DNA of 43,128 bases, taken from NCBI GenBank assembly GCA_900768425.1, contig CAAGCR010000013.1, forward strand, positions 1 to 43,128, in the 5' to 3' direction. Origin of the DNA: Clostridia bacterium (GTDB taxonomy: Bacteria; Bacillota; Clostridia; Christensenellales; UBA1242). Below are positions 8,556 through 18,950 of this stretch, piece by piece. The translations under genes were made by a program, and so were the position numbers. A model generated the notes under the pieces. It was not told the DNA's origin. It was given only the letters and a program-made list of their open reading frames with translations, and searched no databases. The stretch's first letter is position 1, and every line of letters starts with the position of its first letter.

Positions 8556-9219
8556 TAAAAATGCAATAATAAATTTAAACAAGCCGACAGGAATGTCATC
8601 ATTTTTGGCTGTAAAAAAGGTCGCTAGATTGTTAGGTGTCAAAAAGGCCGGACATATGGGGACACTAGATCCATATGGCACAGGCGTGCTACTAGTGGGT
8701 GTTAATAAAGGAACAAAACTTTTTGATGAATACTTAAAAAAGACAAAAACATATGTGGCAGTATTTCACTTTGGCTACGAAACAGATACACTAGACAGTG
8801 AAGGACAGATTATTAAAGAAAATGATGTTAAGGTAAATAGTGACTCTATTAATGAAGCATTAAAATCATTTATCGGTAAACAAAATCAAATGCCACCACA
8901 ATATTCTGCAAAAAAAGTAAACGGCCAAAAAGCGTGTGACATAGCAAGAAATGGTGGTAGTGTAGAACTAAAATCAAAAGAGATAGAAATATATGACATT
9001 AAGTTGATTAGAGAGTTTGCTGACAACAATTTTCAGTTTGAAATCATCTGTTCGGCTGGAACTTACATAAGAAGTATATGTAGAGATTTAGCATATAAAT
9101 TATCAACATATGGTACTATGATAAGTATTATACGCACAAAATGTGGTGTATTCTGCATTGAAAATTCTTGTACATTAGAAGACATAAGCTGTGGTAATGT
9201 CAAATATTTAGAAGTTTAA
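8548..9219 (+). CDS. truB: tRNA pseudouridine-55 synthase TruB (short form, apparently without a PUA domain)
   Basis: Contains NLNKPTGMSS...KAGHMGTLDPYGTGVLLVGV with the catalytic Asp motif. Only 223 aa. Confidence 0.9.
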   Translation: MFDKNAIINLNKPTGMSSFLAVKKVARLLGVKKAGHMGTLDPYGTGVLLVGVNKGTKLFDEYLKKTKTYVAVFHFGYETDTLDSEGQIIKENDVKVNSDSINEALKSFIGKQNQMPPQYSAKKVNGQKACDIARNGGSVELKSKEIEIYDIKLIREFADNNFQFEIICSAGTYIRSICRDLAYKLSTYGTMISIIRTKCGVFCIENSCTLEDISCGNVKYLEV

Positions 9220-9233
9220 AGATAGGAGTAATT

Positions 9234-10100
9234 ATGGAGAATAAGTTAAGGTTTGGACCTTCTGGTAATAGTAAAATATTTTATGATTCAGGATATAAGC
9301 ATAGTGTTGATGCTCCAAAGTTTTGCAAAGAATTAGGTCTATCTGCCTATGAATATTCTTTTGGTCGTGGTTTCACTATGTCTTATGATACAGCTAAGGT
9401 TTTAGGTGATAATGCAAAACTAAATGATATACTACTTAGCATTCATGCTCCATATTATATCAATTTTGCAAATGAGAACGATGATATGGCTATAAAGTCT
9501 TATGAGTATGTAAGAAAAGGAATGGAATATATCAAAGTTACTGGCGGGCGAGATTTAGTAGTTCACTTGGCTTCTTGTGGTAAGTTAGATAGAAATCGTG
9601 CTTTATATTTAACCGATAAACGCTTAGATGAGTGTCTTAAAATTATATATGACAATAAACTAAACTCAGTTGGCAAAATTTGCCCTGAAACTATGGGAAA
9701 ATATTTGCAAATAGGCACTTATAATGAAGTTATAGATTTTTGTACAAAAGATGAAATTTTAGTGCCAACCTTTGATTTTGGTCATATTAACTGTGTTATG
9801 CAAGGTGGATTAAAAACCAGTGATGACTATAAAAAAATCTTTGACTATTGTTTTTCAAAATTAGGTGAAGATAAAACTAAAAATTGTCACATACATTTCA
9901 GTAAAATAGAGTATGGTGATAAAGGCGAAATAAAGCACTTAAATTTAGATGATAACATTTATGGACCTGAATTTGAGCCATTAGCAAGAGTGATTGATGA
10001 ATATAAATTAACACCAACTGTAATTAGCGAATCAAAAGAAAAAATGATGGAAGATGCTATCAAATTAAAGGAGATTTATGATAGTTGTAAACAAAATTAA
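9234..10100 (+). CDS. Endonuclease IV-like / xylose-isomerase-like TIM-barrel protein
   Basis: AGGAG RBS. Metal-ligand-like pattern: SIHAPYYINF, LVVHLAS, CPETMGK, FDFGHINC, HIHFS. Confidence 0.6.
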   Translation: MENKLRFGPSGNSKIFYDSGYKHSVDAPKFCKELGLSAYEYSFGRGFTMSYDTAKVLGDNAKLNDILLSIHAPYYINFANENDDMAIKSYEYVRKGMEYIKVTGGRDLVVHLASCGKLDRNRALYLTDKRLDECLKIIYDNKLNSVGKICPETMGKYLQIGTYNEVIDFCTKDEILVPTFDFGHINCVMQGGLKTSDDYKKIFDYCFSKLGEDKTKNCHIHFSKIEYGDKGEIKHLNLDDNIYGPEFEPLARVIDEYKLTPTVISESKEKMMEDAIKLKEIYDSCKQN

Positions 10101-10653
10101 ATGTGATTTATTCAATGAAAATTGTTATATTGTTTATGATGATGCAAGTTTAGATGCTGTCATTATTGACCCAGGCTCAAACTTTAATGATATTTATTCT
10201 TTTATTGATAGAAATAAACTTAAAGTACAAGCAATACTTTTAACTCATGGGCATTTTGACCATATTATGTCTTGTAGAAAACTACAAGATTTAGGATATA
10301 AAATATATATTTCTAAGGAAGATTCAATTATGTGTGACAACACTGAATTAAATTCCGCAAAAGCTAATAATATTGATTTTTCAATCTTCACTCCCGACTA
10401 TTTATTAACCAATGAAAATGAGTTATCCTTTGGTATAATCAATGTTAAAATAATAAAAACCCCGGGGCATTCAATGGGCGGATTGTCATATATTATTGAA
10501 AACAATTTATTTTCTGGCGATACTCTTTTTTATAAGGGATATGGCAGAACGGACTTGTACGGTGGCAATTTTAGAGAAATTTTAGTAAGCATAAAAACAC
10601 TATTACAATATGTAAAAAATGGATATAATTTATATTCTGGACACGATTATTAA
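10078..10653 (+). CDS. MBL-fold metallo-hydrolase (glyoxalase II-like)
   Basis: THGHFDH motif (LLTHGHFDHI) and TPGHS. AAGGAG RBS. Overlaps the preceding gene by 23 nt. Confidence 0.85.
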   Translation: MIVVNKIKCDLFNENCYIVYDDASLDAVIIDPGSNFNDIYSFIDRNKLKVQAILLTHGHFDHIMSCRKLQDLGYKIYISKEDSIMCDNTELNSAKANNIDFSIFTPDYLLTNENELSFGIINVKIIKTPGHSMGGLSYIIENNLFSGDTLFYKGYGRTDLYGGNFREILVSIKTLLQYVKNGYNLYSGHDY

Positions 10654-10723
10654 AAAAGTAGTAGACAACTTTAATTTTGTGTGCTAAACTTACATAGTAA
10701 TTTTAAATATTAGGAGAAAATAA

Positions 10724-11284
10724 ATGATAACAGCAGGCGATTTTAGAAAAGGCGTTACTTTTGAATATGAAGGAAATGTTTTTGTTGTTGTAGAATTTTT
10801 ACATGTTAAACCAGGCAAAGGATCTCCATTCGTTAGAACAACCATTAAAAACGTTGTTACTGGACAAGTTTTAGAGAGAACATTTAACCCAACAGATAAA
10901 TTCCAATCAGCAGTAATTGAAAGAAAAGAAATGCAATACTTATACAACGAAGGTGATTTATATTACTTTATGGATATGGAATCTTATGACCAAATTCCAC
11001 TAAACAAATCACAGGTTGAAGGTGCAATGAATTTTATGAAAGAGAATATGAATGCAACAATTCAATTCTATAAAGGCAATGCATTCAGTGTTGTTCCACC
11101 AACATTTGTTGAATTAGAAGTAACTGAAACAGAACCAGGAATTCAAGGAGATACATCTAAAGCAGGTTATAAACCAGCAAAACTTGAAACTGGCTATGAA
11201 ATCAAAGTTCCACTATTTGTAAACCAAGGCGAAATCATTCGTGTTGATACTCGTGATGGTTCATATATGGAAAGAGTTAAATAA
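10724..11284 (+). CDS. efp: Elongation factor P
   Basis: AGGAG RBS. Contains [38 protein letters not shown], a canonical EF-P sequence. Confidence 0.95.
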   Translation: MITAGDFRKGVTFEYEGNVFVVVEFLHVKPGKGSPFVRTTIKNVVTGQVLERTFNPTDKFQSAVIERKEMQYLYNEGDLYYFMDMESYDQIPLNKSQVEGAMNFMKENMNATIQFYKGNAFSVVPPTFVELEVTETEPGIQGDTSKAGYKPAKLETGYEIKVPLFVNQGEIIRVDTRDGSYMERVK

Positions 11285-11300
11285 GTTTAAATATATTTTA

Positions 11301-11360
11301 AAAGACCGCTTTATGAAGTGACCTCAGTAAGTGTCACCTCAAATAATGTGGTCTTTTTTT
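11301..11360 (+). terminator. efp terminator (branched hairpin plus T8)
   Basis: Outer stem AAAGACCGC (11301-09) pairs with GTGGTCTTT (11348-56), including one G-U. Inner stem GAAGTGAC (11315-22) pairs with GTCACCTC (11333-40), 7 of 8 positions paired. A T-run follows to 11360. Confidence 0.6.
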
Positions 11361-11559
11361 ATAATTAAAAAAAGCATATTGATAATTTTGGTATTTTTCT
11401 AAAAGAATTTTTAGATTATATAATTTAAATGTTTTTAATTGTATCTAGCAATGTAAAAAACTTAACCGGTTATATATTGTGAAAAATAAGTTATTTTGTC
11501 GCATTTGCATTAATATAAATATTGTAAATATATTTACACCAAGAGAGGTGTATTTTTTT

Positions 11560-12477
11560 ATGCTGAAAGATATTTTACCAAGTTTTATATATCAATCTAT
11601 AACTCTAAAAAATTCTGAACAAGAAATAAACGAAATTAGATTTAGAAAAGATAAGCCAATCGTTGTTCTTTGTAATACAAAGACATATTTCTTAAGCAAT
11701 AATGGGTTTTGCAGTAGTGCGAACCAAGCAATAATATCTTCAGCAGAACTTATAAACGACATTGTTTTTAAGGCTTGTGATTATTCTATATATTCAGTAA
11801 ATGAGCAGCTAAAACAAGGGTTTTTAATGGTTGATGGTGGAATTAGACTGGGTGTTTGTGGTGAGGTTGTTCAAGATGGTGGAATAAAGACTATTAAAAA
11901 TTTCACATCTTTGTGTGTTCGTGTTCCACACATCATTAAAAATGCTTCTTTGCCAATTTTTAGCCATATAGTAAATAATGGAAATATTAATAACACCTTA
12001 ATAATATCACCACCGGGTGCGGGCAAAACAACAATGCTTCGTGATATAGTGTATCAATTTTCTTATCATAATTATCCATATAATATTTTTATTGCTGATG
12101 AAAGGGGAGAGATAACCTGCGGAAATAATAGCAATTTCCTAAATAGTTATTTTTATGACTCGATATGTTTTTTAAACAAAAAAGATTCTATAATGATGGG
12201 GCTTAGATGTATGTCACCTGACATAATAGTAACAGATGAATTAGGAAACAAAGATGATTTTTTAGCATTAGAATATGCTATGACTTGCGGTGTAAAAATA
12301 ATTGCAACCTTACACGCAAGTTCAATAAATGACTTAAAAAATAAAGAAGTATTTAAACGTGTATATGAACAGAAAATGTTTCAAAGAATAATAGTTTTAT
12401 CCAAAGAAAATGGAGTTGGTACAATTCAGGGAGTATATCAAGAAAATTTATCAAAGATATATGGTGGTGTTGTATGA
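11560..12477 (+). CDS. spoIIIAA: Stage III sporulation protein AA (ATPase)
   Basis: Walker A motif PPGAGKTT. ATG at 11560 gives about 305 aa with a GAGG upstream. First gene of an eight-gene spoIIIA-like cluster after efp, as in B. subtilis. Confidence 0.85.
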   Translation: MLKDILPSFIYQSITLKNSEQEINEIRFRKDKPIVVLCNTKTYFLSNNGFCSSANQAIISSAELINDIVFKACDYSIYSVNEQLKQGFLMVDGGIRLGVCGEVVQDGGIKTIKNFTSLCVRVPHIIKNASLPIFSHIVNNGNINNTLIISPPGAGKTTMLRDIVYQFSYHNYPYNIFIADERGEITCGNNSNFLNSYFYDSICFLNKKDSIMMGLRCMSPDIIVTDELGNKDDFLALEYAMTCGVKIIATLHASSINDLKNKEVFKRVYEQKMFQRIIVLSKENGVGTIQGVYQENLSKIYGGVV

Positions 12478-12971
12478 AGATTGTTCTAATACTAACATTA
12501 ATTTTTATGTGTGGCACTGTTGGATACGGGTTAAGTGGAGTATATAAACAAAGAAAGAAGTTCTATGAAGCATATGCAATGTTTCTTTTAGATCTAAAAA
12601 CAGATATAGGCTTTTCGGCAAATAAACTAAGCGAGATTATACAAACAGAAAAAAATAGTCTATCAAATAAAGATTTTTCTATTCTATTGGACAACTATCT
12701 TAAAGCAATTAAAAGTGAAGAAGTGTTAACAAAAGAATCTTTGTTTTTAAACATAAAACTACTAAACGACCAAGAGAAAAATGACATCTATTCTTTTTTT
12801 AAGGGATTGGGCAAAACCGATATATACAATCAAATAGAAACAATAAAAAATAGATATGAAGCAACAAAAAACTACTGTGACAAACTAACAAAAGAGTGTG
12901 AAAAATATTGTCCACTATATACTAAATTAAGCATTTTAGTTGGTCTATTTATGGCACTTATAATTATTTAA
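12474..12971 (+). CDS. spoIIIAB: Stage III sporulation protein AB
   Basis: Start overlaps the spoIIIAA stop (ATGA). N- and C-terminal TM segments. Size and position fit SpoIIIAB. Confidence 0.75.
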   Translation: MKIVLILTLIFMCGTVGYGLSGVYKQRKKFYEAYAMFLLDLKTDIGFSANKLSEIIQTEKNSLSNKDFSILLDNYLKAIKSEEVLTKESLFLNIKLLNDQEKNDIYSFFKGLGKTDIYNQIETIKNRYEATKNYCDKLTKECEKYCPLYTKLSILVGLFMALIII

Positions 12972-12992
12972 TGCATATGTAGGGGGTAAGTT

Positions 12993-13187
12993 ATGGGGGT
13001 AGATTTAATCATAAAAATTGCGGGAATAGGACTATTAACCGCTGTAATATCTCAGGTGTTAAAACATTCGGGTAAAGATGATATGGCAACCTTTGCAACA
13101 CTTGCTGGTGTGGTTGTTGTGTTAATGATGGTACTAGATATTGTATATGAATTGTTTAATACGGTAAAAACTATGTTTGGTTTATAG
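12993..13187 (+). CDS. spoIIIAC: Stage III sporulation protein AC
   Basis: 64 aa with 2 TM segments. Contains IKIAGIGLLTAVISQVLKHSGKDD, typical of SpoIIIAC. Confidence 0.85.
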   Translation: MGVDLIIKIAGIGLLTAVISQVLKHSGKDDMATFATLAGVVVVLMMVLDIVYELFNTVKTMFGL

Positions 13188-13198
13188 GAGTAAATAAT

Positions 13199-13588
13199 GT
13201 GATTGAACTATTTAAAATTATAGGAATAGGAATATTAACTTTAATTGCCTATTTGATAATAAAACCATTAAAACCGGAAGTCGCAGTGTTTATCAGTCTT
13301 GTCGGTTCGGTTATAGTTATTATGTCGTGCATAGATGGCTTAATGCAAGTTATAAATACTATGACATCATTTGTAGAAAAGACAGGAATAAACACTGGAC
13401 TTTTTGGTTGTATCTTAAAAATTATCGGTGTTGGTTATGTTATAGAGTTTGCTTCCGGAATTTGTAGTAATGCCGGGAACTCAGGACTTGCAGATGCAAT
13501 TACTCTTGCAGGGAAAATAACAATTTTAGTCATTAGTTTACCTATTATCAATAGTTTAATTACCATCATTATGGAAATTTTGCCTTAA
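13199..13588 (+). CDS. spoIIIAD: Stage III sporulation protein AD
   Basis: GTG start 8 nt after AGGAG. 129-aa polytopic membrane protein with LFKIIGIGILT, a SpoIIIAC/AD-family pattern. Confidence 0.8.
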   Translation: MIELFKIIGIGILTLIAYLIIKPLKPEVAVFISLVGSVIVIMSCIDGLMQVINTMTSFVEKTGINTGLFGCILKIIGVGYVIEFASGICSNAGNSGLADAITLAGKITILVISLPIINSLITIIMEILP

Positions 13589-13600
13589 AGGAAATATCTC

Positions 13601-14809
13601 TTGAAAAAATTTTTATGTATACTGATTGTGTTATTGATTGTATTTTTTAGTCCTATTTATTCTAATAGGTTATATGTTTATGCTGATTTAAACACAACAA
13701 TACAAATAAGCAAAAGCACAGATATTAGCAACGAGCTTTCAGATAATATAGATGATCAAATTAACAGTTTAGATATGGGGGAATTAGATGAAATACTAAA
13801 TCAAATATCAAGTGACTCAGAAATTTTTGGCGGTACAAGTTTTCCACAAAAAATTAAAGATATTATCAGTGGTAAACTTACCATTGATGCAACTTCATTT
13901 TTAGGATACATAAGCAGTTTATTTTTAGATGATATTGTTGCTTTTTTACCATATATATGTATTGTGGTTGCCATAGCGGTACTATATAGTATGGTCAGTG
14001 CATCTCATAGTGGTAAAAACAAAACACTTAATGATGTTATTCATTTTGTCTGTTTTAGTGCTGTTGTGGTGGTTATTATTGTTTGGACATCTAAACTTTT
14101 GTACCTTACAACAAATGCTTTAACAGGTATAAAAACGCAAATGGACTTAATATTTCCATTACTGTTAACCATATTAACCGCACTTGGTGGTAATGTATCT
14201 GTCAGTGTTTATCAACCAGCAATGGCTATGCTTTCAGGAACAGTTGTGTCGGTTTTTGTCAATGTGCTAATGCCTATTTTTACATTTGCGATAGTTTTTA
14301 CAATAATATCTAATTTGACTAAAAATATAAAATTTAACAAATTTGCAGACTTCTTTAATTCATCTTTTAAATGGATTATGGGAATAGTTCTTATGATTTT
14401 CTCCGCCTTTGTGTCTATTCAAGGCTTAATGGCTGGTAGTATTGACTCCATTTCGTTAAAAACTGCAAAGTATACAATCAAAAGTGCTGTTCCAATTATT
14501 GGTGGTTTTTTATCTGATGGTGTAAGTTTAATAATGGTGTCAGGTGTCTTAATAAAAAATGCAATTGGTGTCGGTGGGCTACTATTATTATTCTGTACAA
14601 TGCTTATGCCGGTAATAAAAATAATTGTTTTTTCATTTCTAATGAAACTTGCCAGTGCAATACTTGAACCTATTGCCGACAACCGAATAACCAGTTTTGT
14701 TTCTGGTATTGCAAAATCACTTCAAATGTTAATCGCTCTAATACTTGGAGTGGGTTTTATGTATTTTTTAATCATAGGACTAGTAATGTGCAGTACAAAT
14801 ATTCTATGA
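13601..14809 (+). CDS. spoIIIAE: Stage III sporulation protein AE
   Basis: 402 aa with a signal/TM segment, an extracytoplasmic region, then multiple TM segments. Fifth position in the cluster. Confidence 0.8.
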   Translation: MKKFLCILIVLLIVFFSPIYSNRLYVYADLNTTIQISKSTDISNELSDNIDDQINSLDMGELDEILNQISSDSEIFGGTSFPQKIKDIISGKLTIDATSFLGYISSLFLDDIVAFLPYICIVVAIAVLYSMVSASHSGKNKTLNDVIHFVCFSAVVVVIIVWTSKLLYLTTNALTGIKTQMDLIFPLLLTILTALGGNVSVSVYQPAMAMLSGTVVSVFVNVLMPIFTFAIVFTIISNLTKNIKFNKFADFFNSSFKWIMGIVLMIFSAFVSIQGLMAGSIDSISLKTAKYTIKSAVPIIGGFLSDGVSLIMVSGVLIKNAIGVGGLLLLFCTMLMPVIKIIVFSFLMKLASAILEPIADNRITSFVSGIAKSLQMLIALILGVGFMYFLIIGLVMCSTNIL

Positions 14810-14879
14810 TGAGCGAAACAGCTAAATTGAGTATTCGTTCAAAACACCAAATTAAAACTTTGGTTTAAAAGGAGAAACT

Positions 14880-15368
14880 ATGGAGAGTATATCAGCGTGG
14901 ATATTGTCAATAGCAGGCATATGTATGTTATCAGTTATTATAGATTTAGTTGTTCCAGATGGTAAAACCAACACAATAATAAAAAATGTATTTTCATATG
15001 CTATCGTCTTAGTTGTAATATTGCCCTTACCAAAACTTTTTAAAAACAATACCGACTTAAATGATTTGTTCTCACCGGTAGATTTTCCAATGCAAGATAA
15101 TTACATATACAATGTCAATCAAGCAAAATTAGACAAATGGACACAAGACATCAATGATGATTTAGTAAATGGTGGTATATATGGTGCAGTGGTGTCAATA
15201 TCGGCAAATATTTTTGAAAGAAATATGGAAATTAACGCGGTTTATGTTGATTTATATAATGTTGTTATATCTAATGAAAACAAGAATATTAATATAAAAA
15301 CGGAGGTGGTGCGTGTAGTGTTAAATTATATAAATATAAAAGAGGATAAGGTGATATTCTATGAGTGA
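14880..15368 (+). CDS. spoIIIAF: Stage III sporulation protein AF
   Basis: AAGGAG RBS. N-terminal sequence ISAWILSIAGICMLSVIIDLVVPDGK is SpoIIIAF-like. Confidence 0.75.
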   Translation: MESISAWILSIAGICMLSVIIDLVVPDGKTNTIIKNVFSYAIVLVVILPLPKLFKNNTDLNDLFSPVDFPMQDNYIYNVNQAKLDKWTQDINDDLVNGGIYGAVVSISANIFERNMEINAVYVDLYNVVISNENKNINIKTEVVRVVLNYINIKEDKVIFYE

Positions 15369-15927
15369 TAAAAAAGAAAAACTTTCTATTTGGGATAGAA
15401 TCCCTATTTTGCAAAAGTTGAAAAATATAAAACATATTGAAATATACTTGCTCTGCATATTTGCTATAATTTTGATTGTTGTTTACTCCACAACCATAAG
15501 GAACAAAAGTGATAAAACAACAACACAAACTAGTTTTACCGCACAAGAATATTCTCAGTATTTAGAGGATAAACTATCAAACATATTATCGAATATATCC
15601 GGTGCCGGTACTGTTAAAGTGATGATAACCCTAGATGGCGGAATGAAATATGAGTACGCAAAGGAAAGTGAAGAAATAACCACATCAAATGAAGTAGGTG
15701 GCAATACTAATACAAAAACAACCAAAAATGAAGAGGTGGTTATAGTTACAATAAATGGTAAGGCAACTCCGCTTATAATAAAAGAAAGTTATCCTGATGT
15801 TTGTGGTGTTGTGGTTGTGGCATCAGGTGCTAGCAATGTTCAGGTAAAACTAAACATAATGAAAGCAATCAAAACTTTATTAAATGTTAAAGATGAGAAT
15901 ATTCAGATACTTACAGGCAATGCTTAA
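15361..15927 (+). CDS. spoIIIAG: Stage III sporulation protein AG
   Basis: One TM segment followed by GAGTVKVMITLDGG...YPDVCGVVVVASGA, the SpoIIIAG ring-building motif region. Confidence 0.8.
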   Translation: MSDKKEKLSIWDRIPILQKLKNIKHIEIYLLCIFAIILIVVYSTTIRNKSDKTTTQTSFTAQEYSQYLEDKLSNILSNISGAGTVKVMITLDGGMKYEYAKESEEITTSNEVGGNTNTKTTKNEEVVIVTINGKATPLIIKESYPDVCGVVVVASGASNVQVKLNIMKAIKTLLNVKDENIQILTGNA

Positions 15928-16068
15928 ACTATATTTAAATTTAGATTTGTGTTTATATCTGAATTTGTTGATTAAAAAATTTTACGAATTGATAAATATT
16001 ATATGATGATGGTTATATTTTTGTTATAAGCATAATATATTAAGTTAAGAACAAAAAAGGAGTGTTAT

Positions 16069-16545
16069 ATGAAAAAGAAAACAAAAATTTTTATTTTAGT
16101 AGGGATGGTGTTATTGTTGGGAGTTACAGGGTATTTAAATATTGCTTTAAATAATAAAGTAAAACAAACTTCAACCACAACGGTAACAACTGCAAACTAT
16201 TTTGCAACATATAGAGAAGACCGCCAATCAACAAGAGATCAAGAACTATTATACTATGATGCTATTATCACCAGCGAAACATCTACTGCTGAAGCAATCA
16301 AAAATGCTGAAACTAAAAAATTAGCACTTGTTGCACAAATGGAAAGCGAGTTGGTTATTGAAGGTTTAATTAAAGCAAAAGGTTTTGCTGATTGCATAGT
16401 TACCAACATAGACCCGAATGTTAAAATTGTGGTTAAATGCAATGAAGCATCTTTAACCGCTAATGAAGTAGCACAAATCGTATCAATAATCAAAGAGCAA
16501 ACAAAGGCGGATATAGACAATATTCAAATTACACCGGTTGAGTAA
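16069..16545 (+). CDS. spoIIIAH: Stage III sporulation protein AH (SpoIIIAH-like)
   Basis: AAGGAG RBS. N-terminal TM segment and YFATYREDRQSTRDQE, a SpoIIIAH-like pattern. Last position in the cluster. Confidence 0.75.
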   Translation: MKKKTKIFILVGMVLLLGVTGYLNIALNNKVKQTSTTTVTTANYFATYREDRQSTRDQELLYYDAIITSETSTAEAIKNAETKKLALVAQMESELVIEGLIKAKGFADCIVTNIDPNVKIVVKCNEASLTANEVAQIVSIIKEQTKADIDNIQITPVE

Positions 16546-16701
16546 TGTTTAACCTAAAATTAAAGTATAAAATATATTTGGTATTTTAATAAAGCAAGAA
16601 GTATTTTAAATAAATGTTAGAGATAATACTAAACGAACTTATCAAATATCGGTTTTAAACCAAATAAGTTATAATAACTTTAATGTTATATAAAAAAATA
16701 A

Positions 16702-16730
16702 TTGCAAATAACCTTGCTATATGATATAAT
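16702..16730 (+). promoter_or_regulatory. SigmaA-type promoter for asp23-nusB-xseAB-proS
   Basis: TTGCAA (16702-07), 17-nt spacer, then TGaTATAAT as an extended -10 (16722-30). Confidence 0.6.
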
Positions 16731-16756
16731 GATTATTATATAAGTGAGGTTTTTTT

Positions 16757-17140
16757 ATGGTTGAATACGATGAAAATAACATATCTAATAAAGGTAAGAC
16801 AACTTGTAATAGAAGTATATTGCTTTCTATTATTAGTTTAGCAACCAAAGAAATAAGCGGTGTGAGTGAATTAGTTGATACTCCATCAATAGTTTTAAAA
16901 CGTATGTTTAAAAATAGAGATAGTAAAGGTGTAAAGGTTAGCATTTCACCGAATGGAAAAATTACTGTAGATGTTTATATTAAAGTATACTTAGGTGTTA
17001 ATGTGCCAGATATTAGTTTTAGAGTTCAAGAGAATATTAAAAATAACATAGCATCTATGGTTGATTTAAAAACAGGCAAAATTAATGTTCACGTAGTAGG
17101 AGTTAGTTTTGTAAAAGAACAAGAGGAAGGTGCAATATAA
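16757..17140 (+). CDS. Asp23/Gls24 family (alkaline shock protein-like) envelope stress protein
   Basis: Contains LLSIISLATKEISGVSEL and KVYLGVNVPDISFRVQENIK, typical Asp23-family sequence. Same position as B. subtilis yqhY upstream of nusB. Confidence 0.8.
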   Translation: MVEYDENNISNKGKTTCNRSILLSIISLATKEISGVSELVDTPSIVLKRMFKNRDSKGVKVSISPNGKITVDVYIKVYLGVNVPDISFRVQENIKNNIASMVDLKTGKINVHVVGVSFVKEQEEGAI

Positions 17141-17559
17141 TGCGTAGTTTGGCAAGAGAAACGGCATTTAAAATTATATATAAGAGTTTTTTTCTAGATG
17201 GCGACTTGTCATGTGATGAAATCTTAGAAGAAGATAATATTACAGAAGAACTAGACAAAGACTTTAACGATGATAATAAATTTGTTAGAGAAATAGTTTC
17301 TTTATATGGCGAAAATAAAGATAGTGTAAACAGTTTAATTGATTCACATTTAAAAGGATACACTCCCGAAAGGGTGTACAAAATTGACAGAGCAATCCTT
17401 GCAACTGCAATTACGGAATTGAATTATTATAAATTGACACCATTTAAAGTTGTTGTAAATGAAGCAGTTGAAATGGCAAAAAAATATTCTACTGAAAAAA
17501 GTTATTCCTTTGTAAATGGAATGTTAAAGACAATTTTGGGAGAACAAAATGCCAATTAA
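17140..17559 (+). CDS. nusB: Transcription antitermination factor NusB
   Basis: RSLARETAFKIIY at the N-terminus and FVNGMLKTI at the C-terminus. Confidence 0.9.
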   Translation: MRSLARETAFKIIYKSFFLDGDLSCDEILEEDNITEELDKDFNDDNKFVREIVSLYGENKDSVNSLIDSHLKGYTPERVYKIDRAILATAITELNYYKLTPFKVVVNEAVEMAKKYSTEKSYSFVNGMLKTILGEQNAN

Positions 17560-18727
17560 ACCAGTTACTGTTACACAACTTAGCACATATTTAAAGCAAA
17601 TTTTTGATGCGGAAGAATTATTGCATAATATAAGTGTTGTTGGAGAAATTTCTGGATATTCAAATGTTAGGGGTACTGCGTATTTTACATTAAAAGATGA
17701 AAGCAGTGCCCTTTCTTGTGTATGTTTTGTCGCTGATGACTGTCCAAATTTTAAAAATGGAGATAGTGTTATAGTTGTTGGTTCTCCAAGATATTATGTC
17801 AAAGGTGGCAAATTAAACTTTAATGTAGTAAGAATGGAGCATTATGGTGAGAATATCTTATACCAAAAGTTTTTAGAATTAAAAGCAAAGTTAGAAGCAA
17901 AAGGATATTTTGATGAATCGCATAAAATACCTATGCCAAAAAATATAAAAAGAATAGGTGTGGTGTCAAGTGAGGGGGGCGCGGTTATTCAGGATATTAT
18001 AAACATTAGAACAAGGCGTAACCCTAAAATAGATATTGTGTTGTATCCGGTAAAAGTTCAAGGTGAAAATGCAGAGTATGAGATTGCAAAAGGAATTGAA
18101 GTACTAGATAATTATAACGTAGATGTTATTGTTGTTGCACGTGGTGGTGGTAGTATGGAAGATTTGCAACCATTTAACACTGAAGTTGTAGCTGATGCAA
18201 CATATAATTGCAACAAATATATAATGTCCGCAGTTGGGCATGAAACAGACTTTACAATCATAGATTTTTGCAGTGATTTGCGAGCACCTACACCAAGTGC
18301 TGCTGCCGAATTATTGTGTGAGAATTTGCAGGATAAAAAGTATAAGTACTATAATTTAATAGATGATTTACTTATGTCTTATACAAAGTTTGAAAATGAG
18401 CAAAAACAAAAGTTTACTAATAATGTTAAAGCCTTGCAAAAGGAGTATAGTTATATTGAACAAGATTCAAAAAATCAGTTTAATAGTAACTTAATTATAT
18501 TTAATAAACTACTGAATGAATATTATGATAAGAAAGAAACAGAATTAAATTATAATAAAAAACTATTGTATAAACTTAACCCAGAAGAAATTTTAAAACT
18601 TGGATATGCAAGTGTCAAATTGAACAATAGTTATATTACAAATAAGCAACAAATAAAAAAAGATGATGAAATTGTTGTAGGTTTAAAAGATGGAAATATT
18701 TATGCCAAAGTTTTGGAGGTTGAATAA
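17549..18727 (+). CDS. xseA: Exodeoxyribonuclease VII large subunit
   Basis: N-terminal OB fold (VVGEISGYSNVRGTAYFTLKDE), followed by IGVVSSEGGAVIQDI and ARGGGSMEDL. Confidence 0.95.
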   Translation: MPIKPVTVTQLSTYLKQIFDAEELLHNISVVGEISGYSNVRGTAYFTLKDESSALSCVCFVADDCPNFKNGDSVIVVGSPRYYVKGGKLNFNVVRMEHYGENILYQKFLELKAKLEAKGYFDESHKIPMPKNIKRIGVVSSEGGAVIQDIINIRTRRNPKIDIVLYPVKVQGENAEYEIAKGIEVLDNYNVDVIVVARGGGSMEDLQPFNTEVVADATYNCNKYIMSAVGHETDFTIIDFCSDLRAPTPSAAAELLCENLQDKKYKYYNLIDDLLMSYTKFENEQKQKFTNNVKALQKEYSYIEQDSKNQFNSNLIIFNKLLNEYYDKKETELNYNKKLLYKLNPEEILKLGYASVKLNNSYITNKQQIKKDDEIVVGLKDGNIYAKVLEVE

Positions 18728-18729
18728 AC

Positions 18730-18939
18730 GTGGATTACGAACAAAATGTTAAAGAATTAGAAAACATTATTCAAAAGTTAGAAAGTGGAGATGTTAAATT
18801 TGATGAAGCAACCAAATTATTTGAAAAAGGTGCTACAATATGTAAAGAATTATCTAAAACTTTTGATGCTGCAAAAGGAAAAGTTACTGTACTTCGTGAA
18901 GAATTAATGGGGCTTTTAAAAGAAGAAGAGATGAATTAG
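18730..18939 (+). CDS. xseB: Exodeoxyribonuclease VII small subunit
   Basis: 69 aa with a GTG start. Contains LENIIQKLESGDVKFDEATKLFEKG. Confidence 0.9.
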   Translation: MDYEQNVKELENIIQKLESGDVKFDEATKLFEKGATICKELSKTFDAAKGKVTVLREELMGLLKEEEMN

Positions 18940-18950
18940 AGGAGAAATGT

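Noticed and set aside
11361-11559. Attempt to place a sigmaE-type promoter (ATATT ... CATACA-T) upstream of spoIIIAA, for example GCATATT at 11374-80.
   Set aside because: No acceptable -10 element lies at the right spacing, and AT-rich sequence gives many partial matches. It is not reported as a feature.
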